Part shown: positions 1-8,837 of the stretch, in pieces
Layout: every line of letters begins with the position of its first letter
How positions within the stretch are numbered: position 1 is the stretch's first letter
Source of the DNA: Candidatus Nomurabacteria bacterium
Lineage (GTDB): Bacteria > Patescibacteriota > Minisyncoccia > Phycocordibacterales > UBA9973
Assembly (NCBI GenBank): GCA_052035405.1
Contig: JBPOHQ010000008.1
Location: 32,893 to 96,892, forward strand
Direction of reading: 5' to 3'
Length of the DNA stretch: 64,000 nt
Position numbers and translations under genes: made by a program
The notes under the pieces: generated by a model
Databases searched by the model: none
Told to the model about the DNA's origin: nothing
Seen by the model: only the letters and a program-made list of their open reading frames with translations

Positions 1-1078
1 TTATATGAAAATATGAACCATTATAATGATTTATGGAGTTTATTCCAACGGCACCATTGGTTCCTGAACCACCATGAACTTCTATATACTGTCCACCACC
101 TATATACATAACCACATGCCCCGCACTTGTATATTGGCTACTTTCTCCTTGTATCCAACCCAATAAATCACCAACTTGTAACGGAATACCATTTACTGAG
201 TTATTGATGACAGACCCACTTACCGTTTCAGATGATGGAAACATTGTTGCTGTGGTGTCCCCAGGTAAACTCATTCCAGCACAAGCGTAAACTTGTTTTA
301 CAAAAGAAGAACAATCTAAATATACTGTTGATGGTGATGTTCCGATAGTACCTCGCTGAGAATTACTATAAGTAACTTTACCATTAAAACTTTGGGCAAT
401 TGAAGCAATTTGGGATTCTCCCCCACTACCGGGACAATTAATACCCATAGCTGTAAGAGCAGAGGGTGATATAGCTGAAAAAGAACCAGCAGCACCTTCT
501 TGAGCTGGTCCTATAACTATTTTTGCTTTAGGTATATTTGGACAAAGATTTAAAAGTTGAGGGTTTATTGTATTTAATATTGCATAAGCTCCGAGTGCTA
601 GAATAAGTCCAAATACTGCATTTCTTGCTTGTTCTAGGCCTGCACCTTTAGCTGAAATACTCTCACTCGTCATGTACTGAATACCACCAATAACTATCAT
701 AATCATCGCTAATACAGCAGAGATTCCTATAAACAATTTTATCAAAACATTAAAATATTTACTTAACGCACAACCTTCTCCACCCACAGCATTAACATTG
801 TAGTTTTCTAAACCCGGCAAAGGTGCAAGCAGTGTATATGTTCCAGGGTTTGAATTACTACTTGTTGGAGAAAGAGTTTGAGTATTTGAACTTGTCCCTG
901 TGTCGTTTAAGACATCTGGATTTGGTGATGGGTCAACAATATTTCCATCTATAGTTAACCCTTCCCCTGTTTGTGCAAACACAAACGTTGAAGTAAAAAT
1001 AAATATAAAAAAACTAACTAGAAAAACAACAAAAAATTCCTTTATATATATTTTTTTTCTTGAATTAAAAATTAACAT
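1..1078 (-). CDS. T4SS-type (VirB2/TrbC-like) pilin domain fused to a C-terminal NlpC/P60 peptidoglycan peptidase; 3' end runs off the window
   Basis: Not in the ORF track; translated by hand from ATG at 1078 (MLIFNSRKK...FVFAQ signal). Pilin-like two-TM segment LIKLFIGISAVLAMIMIVFGGIQYMTSES...QARNAVFGLILALGAYAILNTINPQLL, then YLDCSSFVKQVY, GDLL and GHVVMYIGGGQYIEVH (NlpC/P60 Cys-His-His motifs). Confidence 0.8.
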   Translation of the reverse strand, partial: MLIFNSRKKIYIKEFFVVFLVSFFIFIFTSTFVFAQTGEGLTIDGNIVDPSPNPDVLNDTGTSSNTQTLSPTSSNSNPGTYTLLAPLPGLENYNVNAVGGEGCALSKYFNVLIKLFIGISAVLAMIMIVIGGIQYMTSESISAKGAGLEQARNAVFGLILALGAYAILNTINPQLLNLCPNIPKAKIVIGPAQEGAAGSFSAISPSALTAMGINCPGSGGESQIASIAQSFNGKVTYSNSQRGTIGTSPSTVYLDCSSFVKQVYACAGMSLPGDTTATMFPSSETVSGSVINNSVNGIPLQVGDLLGWIQGESSQYTSAGHVVMYIGGGQYIEVHGGSGTNGAVGINSINHYNGSYFHI

Positions 1079-2051
1079 TAATTTCTTTGCTTGCTTCTTG
1101 AAAAAGAGTTTTTATATTACTAATAACTATTTTTATTTTAGCACTACCATTTTTACCTTCTTCTGGTTTAATACGTAATTCATTTTTTTGTAAGTTGTCT
1201 AACTGTCTTTCACCTAGTGTCCAAGTAATTTTAACCTTATCTGAAGACAGGTTTTTGGAAGAGAAAAAATAAGGTATAGCTATAAAATCTTCTCCGTTTT
1301 TATCTAAGGTAATACCATTTTTTACCTCTTGATTGAACATAATGCCAAAAACAGGATCTTTTTTATAAATCACAATTTTAGGAGTAATTCCAGAAACTGT
1401 TAAGCTATCTTTTGCCTGCAGGTTTCCAGATATATCAGACACCTTTACTGTTATTGTATCACTTGGGTCTAAATAACTATTTTTAAAACTAAAAGATGTT
1501 TTACCCCAACCAGATGAACTTGGCCTACCTTCTCCATTTTGTTCCCAGGTATAAGAAAGGTTGTTTGGATTAATTTTATTTAACTGTGTTCCAATAGTTG
1601 GTATTGCTACCATCTTAAAAGAACCTTCTTTACTAACTAGAGTTTTACCTTTGTAAAAAGGTGGCTTAAAAGAGTCCACTGCCTCCCAAAGAATATCAAC
1701 ATCTGAAGCGGTTAATAAAATCGATTTTCTAACACTTTGTCCATCAATAGTATCAACAACAACACTTAAATTTGTTTGTGTGCCAAATTCCCCAACATTA
1801 AATGAAAAGCTTTTTTTTCCAATACCGATAGATATAAGTTGATTGTTTACTAACCAAGAGATGTTTGATTTGTTTAAATCAAAAACGTAACTAGTTAACG
1901 TTGCTTTTACTTCTTCGTTTGGTTTTGGGTTTTCTGGAGATAATAGTAGTGTTACATCTGTGTTGTTTAATTGTGCAAAAGTATGTATTCCGGTAAAAGT
2001 ATAAATACATATAACACTCAGAATAAAAATTTTTAAAACACCAGTTTTCAT
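1065..2051 (-). CDS. Secreted beta-rich (Ig-like) hypothetical protein
   Basis: 328-aa ORF with a signal peptide (..HTFAQ) and beta-strand-rich repeats containing conserved W residues (ISWLVN, YTWEQN, ITWTLG). Confidence 0.7.
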   Translation of the reverse strand: MKTGVLKIFILSVICIYTFTGIHTFAQLNNTDVTLLLSPENPKPNEEVKATLTSYVFDLNKSNISWLVNNQLISIGIGKKSFSFNVGEFGTQTNLSVVVDTIDGQSVRKSILLTASDVDILWEAVDSFKPPFYKGKTLVSKEGSFKMVAIPTIGTQLNKINPNNLSYTWEQNGEGRPSSSGWGKTSFSFKNSYLDPSDTITVKVSDISGNLQAKDSLTVSGITPKIVIYKKDPVFGIMFNQEVKNGITLDKNGEDFIAIPYFFSSKNLSSDKVKITWTLGERQLDNLQKNELRIKPEEGKNGSAKIKIVISNIKTLFQEASKEINVNF

Positions 2052-2089
2052 GAGTTTATTATACCTAAAACAGACTAATTATCCAAAAC

Positions 2090-3952
2090 TTATCTAGCAA
2101 TAACTGTATTTGTTCCCGAAACTTCAGACTCTTCTAAGTCAGCTTTTGCCTTTTTAATGGACAGTATTTGAGAAGGATCTGAAGTTATAATTTGGTCTTC
2201 TGTGTAAGAAGAGACTATCTTAATAGCTACGTGTTTTAGTCCCGCAAAGAATATACCCTCACCTACTCCAGACTCCAAAAGGAGATATTTTTCTTCATCA
2301 GTGAGGTTAAAGGTTGATTGGAGTATTTCTATGGTACTTGGAGACTGTTTTAAGAGAAGTTGGATTGAAGAGTTGGTAACAATTGGTATTCCATAAGGAG
2401 ATTTCATGAAGTCAGCTGCGTCTTGAGTGATAGTAGCAAGACCTAAGTAATATTTTCTTCCTCTTTTTGCTAAAGAATACAAGAAAGAAGCAGTATCTTC
2501 TGATTTCATCATCCACCACGCCTCATCCACTACAAGAAGTCTCTTCTTTAAGTTTTTACGAATAGTATTCCAGATGTAGTGGGTAACGATATACATAGCA
2601 ATAGGCTTCAACTCGTCTTCCATATCTCGTACAGAGAAAACAACGAATTTTTTGTTGATATCTACATTACTTGGTTTATTGATAAATGTAGACCAAGAAC
2701 CTTTCGTGTATTTTACCAATCTTTGGACCACAGACTCACTTCCCTCCATTCCAGAAAGAACCATTTCAAAGTCTGACAAAAGCGGTGGCTCTATATTAGA
2801 AAAATCAGAATCAGGGGTGATGTCTTTTATGGCATATGTTTCAGATATTGCTCGGTCTACGATAGAATCTTCTTCTGGAGTAAGTCCACCCAACATGAGT
2901 CTGAAGAGACCTACGAGGTTTATAATATTACTTCTCAGCACATCCTCTGTGGTTTCATCTTCTCTTGGAATTGGTAAATCAAAAGGATTGATATGATGAT
3001 CAGAAGAAAGTGAGATATTGAAATATCTTCCACCTACTGTCTCAGCAAGGTACTCATATTCCCTTTCAGGGTCAATCACAATAACATCAATATCAAACAT
3101 GAGCGAACGAAGTATCTCGAGTTTTGTTGCGTAACTTTTTCCAGAACCAGATTTTGCAAAAGTGACAGAATTGTAGTTCTCAAGAGAGAATCTATCAAAT
3201 ACTACCAAACTGGAATTGTGTCTATTAATACCATACAATATTCCTTTATCTGAAGTTAGGTCAAAAGAAACAAAAGGAAAAATACTTGAAAGCGGCTCAG
3301 AATTTAACTTCTGATGTATGCTGATTAAATCGGTTCCAGTAGGAATAACACTTTTAAAACCTTCTTCTTGTTGAAAAAGTGCTGGTTTAATATATATTAA
3401 CTTTGACTCAAGAATGGATTTAATTTCATTCTCTACTTTAAAGAGCTCTAAGTCATTATCTGCATAGACAGTGATATAGACCCCAACATCAAAAAGCTTT
3501 TCTTGTGCTTGAATAAGACTATCACGAAGACCTTCGAGATCTTGATAGGCAGTATCGAGCATCGGGTCACGAACAACCCCTTTTGATTCTCTAATTCCGA
3601 TCTGGCTTTGTACTTCAGCAACTTTTTTCTGGAATTGTCGTAATGCAAGAGAGGTGTCTATCGGATGGATAAATATTGAAACATCAAAAACCTTATCGAG
3701 GTTAATAATAGGAGAAAACCAGTTATCTATAAGAAAACGAGGATAAGAAATTATAAAAAAAGTACGAGCAATTTTGTCCCCCAAGTCTAGGGACTTAGGG
3801 GCAATTTTTAAAGCAGATGGTGCGATAATATCTTGCAGTTCGAGGTTTGCAGATTCATATATTTCTTCAGGCATCACTGACAAAATAGAAGCACCCGCTT
3901 CTGTTTTTTTACCTTCTTCTTTTTTACCTAACAATTTATCGAGAATTCCCAT
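2090..3952 (-). CDS. VirB4/TraE(TrsE)-like T4SS ATPase
   Basis: Walker A AKSGSGKS, IVIDPEREY, INPFD, Walker B LLVVDEAWWMM, KRGRKY, ITQ: the VirB4-family motif set. Confidence 0.88.
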   Translation of the reverse strand: MGILDKLLGKKEEGKKTEAGASILSVMPEEIYESANLELQDIIAPSALKIAPKSLDLGDKIARTFFIISYPRFLIDNWFSPIINLDKVFDVSIFIHPIDTSLALRQFQKKVAEVQSQIGIRESKGVVRDPMLDTAYQDLEGLRDSLIQAQEKLFDVGVYITVYADNDLELFKVENEIKSILESKLIYIKPALFQQEEGFKSVIPTGTDLISIHQKLNSEPLSSIFPFVSFDLTSDKGILYGINRHNSSLVVFDRFSLENYNSVTFAKSGSGKSYATKLEILRSLMFDIDVIVIDPEREYEYLAETVGGRYFNISLSSDHHINPFDLPIPREDETTEDVLRSNIINLVGLFRLMLGGLTPEEDSIVDRAISETYAIKDITPDSDFSNIEPPLLSDFEMVLSGMEGSESVVQRLVKYTKGSWSTFINKPSNVDINKKFVVFSVRDMEDELKPIAMYIVTHYIWNTIRKNLKKRLLVVDEAWWMMKSEDTASFLYSLAKRGRKYYLGLATITQDAADFMKSPYGIPIVTNSSIQLLLKQSPSTIEILQSTFNLTDEEKYLLLESGVGEGIFFAGLKHVAIKIVSSYTEDQIITSDPSQILSIKKAKADLEESEVSGTNTVIAR

Positions 3953-4036
3953 GAATTATATTCTAGGTTCCATACTTAAAACACAAACAATATAAATTAT
4001 AATATATTTACAGAATATAACCTAGGCACTAATTAC

Positions 4037-4684
4037 CTAGCTTTGCTTTTCAAGCTCTATCTTACCCTCCAACTCTCCTGGGTTAAAAACTTTATAGAAT
4101 ACTTCTATGACTTCTTCTGTTCCTAGTTGTGCTGATTTTATACCGCAACGAGAAAGTCCTTGCTGAATTACACTTACGCGTTGTTCTAATTGAGAACGCT
4201 TTTCTTCAAAATCAAGCTCTGCTTCCAGTTTTAATTTCTTTTTGTCTTTTTTACCAAAGAACTTATCAAATAAATCAGACTCCGGTTTCAAGCTTGTTTG
4301 AGAATATGGGACTACAATAAAAAAACTTTTTGTCATAATACTTACTGTTTCTGTGAAATTCCTTATAAATTCTATATATTCTTTTGTTTGAAGTTTAAGG
4401 AGTGGCTCAGTTTGTAACTTCATTCTGTTTTCTAAAAGTAAAAGATATGGTCGTATGTCTAGCTTTCTAGATTGTATTGATATTTGTACAGCAAAGTCTA
4501 GGGTGTTTATAAAACTTTGGAATTGTAAAATTGTGGCTCGCTGTTCATCAGCAGATTTTAATGAAAGATTTATAGAATTAGCTAGTATAATCGCACGAAG
4601 TCCACCATCTTTAAGGACAACAACACCATCACGGACTTCCTTGATTGGTACAAACTCTTGAGTTGCTTTTGCATGTATTGCCAT
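4037..4684 (-). CDS. VirB4 N-terminal-like accessory protein of the CPR T4SS-like locus
   Basis: TQEFVPIKEVRDGVV and INLSLKSADEQ motifs; lies between prgI and virB4. Confidence 0.65.
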   Translation of the reverse strand: MAIHAKATQEFVPIKEVRDGVVVLKDGGLRAIILANSINLSLKSADEQRATILQFQSFINTLDFAVQISIQSRKLDIRPYLLLLENRMKLQTEPLLKLQTKEYIEFIRNFTETVSIMTKSFFIVVPYSQTSLKPESDLFDKFFGKKDKKKLKLEAELDFEEKRSQLEQRVSVIQQGLSRCGIKSAQLGTEEVIEVFYKVFNPGELEGKIELEKQS

Positions 4685-4687
4685 GTT

Positions 4688-5107
4688 TTAATTTTGTGTT
4701 TCTTTTTGAAGATCTAAAACGTCTAAACTCCAGGCTAAGTCTCGAAGTTTTCCACCGTTTAGTCTCGGGTTGTGAATTTCTTGGGTGCTTGTTTCTGCTT
4801 GTATTGATTGCTGTTTTTTAACTTTTTTAACTTTTCTTTTCCATATAAAAAGTTTATCTTGTAGGGCATATTTAATTCCTGCTTCAAGCATAAAAACAAA
4901 GGGCTTACTGTTTGGTTTATAGAAAGTAAGTGCTAGTGAAAAAGCTGCAACGGCAAGCATGGGAATGATTCCAAAGATTAAACCAAGAAGTCTATATAGT
5001 ACAAAACAAATTCCAGCTCCACCAGCTAAATAAACAAACTCACTAAAGGTGAATGGTCCAAATATTTTATCTTCAATATCTAAAAATTGTGGAACTTTAA
5101 ATTGCAT
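4688..5107 (-). CDS. PrgI family (VirB3-like) membrane protein
   Basis: MQFKVPQFLDIEDKIFGPFTF followed by two TM helices; typical PrgI N-terminus. Confidence 0.8.
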   Translation of the reverse strand: MQFKVPQFLDIEDKIFGPFTFSEFVYLAGGAGICFVLYRLLGLIFGIIPMLAVAAFSLALTFYKPNSKPFVFMLEAGIKYALQDKLFIWKRKVKKVKKQQSIQAETSTQEIHNPRLNGGKLRDLAWSLDVLDLQKETQN

Positions 5108-5170
5108 ATTGTAAACGAATCTTAAACAAGACTGCTATACATATATTGTAATAGTAAATCAATAAAAAGA

Positions 5171-5887
5171 CTACTCGTTTGGGTCTAGTCTGTATGGATC
5201 TACTTTTTTTGTTTCTGTTTTTTGACTCAATTCGTCTGTATTTTGCTTTGTTATGTTGTTCAAAGAATACTCTGTTTGGGTTTTTGTCATTTTAAATGGT
5301 TCAGCTAATTTCTGTGCAGATATTGAATTTGTTGTTTTTGGTATTGTTGTTGGTACGGGGTTTTCTACTTTCACTAGCATGTCTTCCCTGTTTTCTAAGG
5401 GTTCTTCTTTTTTTACATTTGATTCTTTTTTGTCTGATACAACTTCAATACCAGCATTTGTTAAGACTTCTTTTTCCTCTTGTTTTATATTATTAATAGT
5501 AAAATCTCTTTTTGGAACTACAGTCTCTATTTCGATAGATGAAACGTTTTTCTTTTTACTAGAGATACTAATTAAAGAATCTTTTATTTTCTTAAAAATA
5601 AGTTCGTTTAGTTCATTCACCAGGATTTCTGACTGAGATTTATGTATACCCATCCTCATCTCTAGTTCTTGTTGGTAGTTGAGAGGATTTACTAACCCAC
5701 AAAGCAAGAGTTCAGTCTCTAGTTCTAGAGCTGAAAGCTGCTCTAAGTTGTAACCTTTCTTATCTTTCATTGATAGGATCACTCCTCTCCAGTTCACAGA
5801 ACTAATAGCTTCCCTAGTTTCTTTCGGGAGTTTTTCTCGAGCTTTTTCAATTTTTACTTGTAGTAGGTCTATATTTTCGTCTATCAT
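5171..5887 (-). CDS. Hypothetical protein (CPR-type); N-terminal domain paralogous to 5913..6410
   Basis: 238-aa ORF; LPKET..W....L..ET.L.L.G helical domain, low-complexity linker, C-terminal DPYR motif. Confidence 0.7.
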   Translation of the reverse strand: MIDENIDLLQVKIEKAREKLPKETREAISSVNWRGVILSMKDKKGYNLEQLSALELETELLLCGLVNPLNYQQELEMRMGIHKSQSEILVNELNELIFKKIKDSLISISSKKKNVSSIEIETVVPKRDFTINNIKQEEKEVLTNAGIEVVSDKKESNVKKEEPLENREDMLVKVENPVPTTIPKTTNSISAQKLAEPFKMTKTQTEYSLNNITKQNTDELSQKTETKKVDPYRLDPNE

Positions 5888-5912
5888 ATGTTTATTTTAA
5901 CACAGCTTCGTT

Positions 5913-6410
5913 TTATATTTTGAACTGACTAACCAAATTTGTTTTTATAGGAGAGGTGGGGGTTTTTGGTGCAAAACTTTTATCAATTTTTTTTCTTAAA
6001 CTATCGGTAAGATAAATATAATTTCCCCCGGATAAGATAAAACTAATATTCTGATCTATGTCAGTGTTTCTTTGATTTACACCCTGTTTAATCTTTGAAG
6101 TTATCTGTTCGGCTATAGGTTCTAATATTTTGGTCGTTATGACAATTAATATTTTTTCAGTTTCATTTTTAGTTAGACCAACCTCATTCAATAGATTATA
6201 TTTATAATCTTCTGAATCTGTAATTCCAGTAAGCAAAAGAGCTGTTTCTGTTTGAAGTCTAATAATTTCATCTTCAGTAAGAATGAATTCATTACCTATT
6301 TCAGCTAATTTTTCAAACCAAGGAAAAATACTTAAGACTTCTTGAGTTTCCTTTGGAAGCATTAATAATTCTTCTTGTATAGCTTTTTGTAATTTGTTTT
6401 TTGTATCCAT
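5913..6410 (-). CDS. Hypothetical protein, paralog of the 5171..5887 N-terminal domain
   Basis: LPKETQEVLSIFPW...LQTETALLLTG aligns by eye with LPKETREAISSVNW...LELETELLLCG. Confidence 0.7.
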   Translation of the reverse strand: MDTKNKLQKAIQEELLMLPKETQEVLSIFPWFEKLAEIGNEFILTEDEIIRLQTETALLLTGITDSEDYKYNLLNEVGLTKNETEKILIVITTKILEPIAEQITSKIKQGVNQRNTDIDQNISFILSGGNYIYLTDSLRKKIDKSFAPKTPTSPIKTNLVSQFKI

Positions 6411-6421
6411 ATTAATTTATC

Positions 6422-8746
6422 TTAATGTCCACCTCCTGCCGTAGGTGCTACAGACATTCTTATTTTTCTAGCGGCTTCATCTCCTCCACGAACACTGTAT
6501 TGACCTAGACCTGTTATTTGATCTGTAATATTACTAAATGTACTATTTATATATTTAGCAAACTTATCTTTTCTAGTCTTATTTAGCGATTTAATTTTAC
6601 TTTTTGCTTCTTTGATGTCTTTTGTTTCTATCTCATAGATACTTTTACCACCCATTTTTGAACCTGGATCCGTTTTAGCGTTAGCATCATTTGAATATTT
6701 CTTGTTTATTCTTTCTATAATTAATTCTCCTTTTGGACTGTAGTCAAAATACTCGACATCAATATTCTTTCCTTTTTTAAGAGCATCCATTTCCTGCTTA
6801 AATGCAGATATTTGTGAATCAAAATGGGAAATCTTACTTTTTGAATCTAAGGTGCCATTGTCTGCGTTTTTTGCGTCTTGCAAATTTTTTCTTGCCGCTT
6901 CTATTTGTTTTTCTATTCTTTCTACTTCACCACCAAATTTATTATTCCAAGCATCTTGTACTTCTTCCGCTTCGTGTAGTTTTCTTTTTACTGGTTCGTC
7001 TTCACCTACTTCAAGTTCTTTTGCTCTCTTTAATCTCTTGGCTACCTTTTCTTCTCTCATTTGTGTAAAGCCTCCTTTTCTAGCTTCTCCAAGGTTTGCT
7101 CCAGTAACACCTGCTAAGTTTTTACCGGCAATTTTAAGGGAGCGAATGTCTAGGTTTGATGATCCAAGCTTCATCATAGATTTCTGGAATACGTCACCAA
7201 AAGCATTTTTAGCGGCAAAGTTTTTAACTGCACTATTATTAGCAAGTGCAGCCCCTGCTCTACCGAGAGTAGCACGTCCTGCTACAGCTGCCGCACCAAG
7301 CACCGCTCCCCCCGCAACACCTCCAAGTAATTTCGTTCCAGAAAGTATGGCTTGACCCATTTCACCAGAGTATTTTACTGCAAGCTCTTTTGCTTTCATG
7401 AGAAGTATATATATAAGCATGAATGGTATAATATTTTTCATTAAACCATCAAGCCAGTCTGTTGAGTCGGTTACATCATAGGGAATTTCTTTTAAGAATC
7501 CTCCAAACAAGATAACTACATACAAGAAAAATACAAATATGGGTGCCATGAAGGCGTGTTGGAACAGATCCCCCCAGAATTTTTTGTGTCCAAATCCAGG
7601 TATTTCAAAGGGTACTGTATATGAAGCAAAAGCGAGAGGTGAGAATATCATAAGTATCCAAAGAGAAGCAACTCTAGCAACAAAGAGTATTGCAACAGAA
7701 AGAAACATAAATATCATATAACCCATTATTAGTATGGAAATAATCATGAGAAGGAAAAATTCTCCCAAGTTGCTTGAAATAGGTTGCACCATAACTTCTT
7801 GTGGGTCAAATTGTCTTACTAGTCCAACCGTTATAGACCTCTCACCATTTTCATTTTCTGGCAAAGGTTCACCATTTTTATTCTCAGGGGTTATATTGTT
7901 GTAAAAAACTTTAGTTAATATATTTGATGCGTCTATTACTATTTTTGTTACAAAAAGACTAAAATTTATAATGAGTGCTATGACAACAATCGTTCCAATG
8001 AGTTTTTTATTGTTACCAACGTTGAGGCTAAGTATAGTTTTTATGGCTACATACAATAATGCAACTATAAAAAATATATTTGCAATATCTCTTACAACAC
8101 CCCAAGCTTTTTCTGTAAAACCACTGGTATATGCCGTACTACTTATAGAATAAAATATAAAAAAATCTAAAACACTTGCTGCTAGTCTTGTAAGTGCTGC
8201 AAACGGACGCCATACGAGATTATAAATCATGGATACAATACAATTTGTAAACCATGTACGTGGGTCTGCACTACAACCTATGTCGTCATCATCAGAACTG
8301 ATGCTGGATTGAGAGGCTCCAGGAACACCTGTGCCTGCTTGGATGGATGGGTTGAAATTTATTTGTGTCTGTGCCGTAGTTCCAAGCCAAGTACTGGATG
8401 GAGTAAAGTTACCAGTCCAGGTTCCTTGGGTAATAACTCCATTTACGACAGTTGCATTCCATGTACCTACAACATCATTTGATGTTCCATTCCAGACGGT
8501 AATATCTCCAGAATATGTCCCGTCAGTATAATTAGTGGTCGTACCCGTAAAGGTACCATCAGGGTTAAGTGTTCCACTTCCGTAAATACCATCAAAACGA
8601 GTTGCTGCTGTTTGAGCTAAAGCCTGTTTTAGGTTTGATTCTAATACAATCTTATTATTTTTTATTTCAAAACTAGGAGTTAAAGGCAACAGAAAAATAC
8701 CTAATGTAACAATCAGTATTAAAATTTTTGATGAAATTTTATTCAT
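6422..8746 (-). CDS. VirB6/TrbL-like polytopic membrane protein with a C-terminal coiled coil
   Basis: WGVVRDIANIFFI, ALIINFSLF, RVASLWILMIFSPLAF, multiple TM helices, a Gly/Ala-rich segment, then a charged coiled coil. Confidence 0.75.
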   Translation of the reverse strand: MNKISSKILILIVTLGIFLLPLTPSFEIKNNKIVLESNLKQALAQTAATRFDGIYGSGTLNPDGTFTGTTTNYTDGTYSGDITVWNGTSNDVVGTWNATVVNGVITQGTWTGNFTPSSTWLGTTAQTQINFNPSIQAGTGVPGASQSSISSDDDDIGCSADPRTWFTNCIVSMIYNLVWRPFAALTRLAASVLDFFIFYSISSTAYTSGFTEKAWGVVRDIANIFFIVALLYVAIKTILSLNVGNNKKLIGTIVVIALIINFSLFVTKIVIDASNILTKVFYNNITPENKNGEPLPENENGERSITVGLVRQFDPQEVMVQPISSNLGEFFLLMIISILIMGYMIFMFLSVAILFVARVASLWILMIFSPLAFASYTVPFEIPGFGHKKFWGDLFQHAFMAPIFVFFLYVVILFGGFLKEIPYDVTDSTDWLDGLMKNIIPFMLIYILLMKAKELAVKYSGEMGQAILSGTKLLGGVAGGAVLGAAAVAGRATLGRAGAALANNSAVKNFAAKNAFGDVFQKSMMKLGSSNLDIRSLKIAGKNLAGVTGANLGEARKGGFTQMREEKVAKRLKRAKELEVGEDEPVKRKLHEAEEVQDAWNNKFGGEVERIEKQIEAARKNLQDAKNADNGTLDSKSKISHFDSQISAFKQEMDALKKGKNIDVEYFDYSPKGELIIERINKKYSNDANAKTDPGSKMGGKSIYEIETKDIKEAKSKIKSLNKTRKDKFAKYINSTFSNITDQITGLGQYSVRGGDEAARKIRMSVAPTAGGGH

Positions 8747-8837
8747 GTGTACACAGAAAACTTCTGTACTTTTCTCTGCTGTTTTCTTATTTGTTTATTA
8801 TAGCAAAACTAAATAAACTTACCTCTTTCTGAGTATC

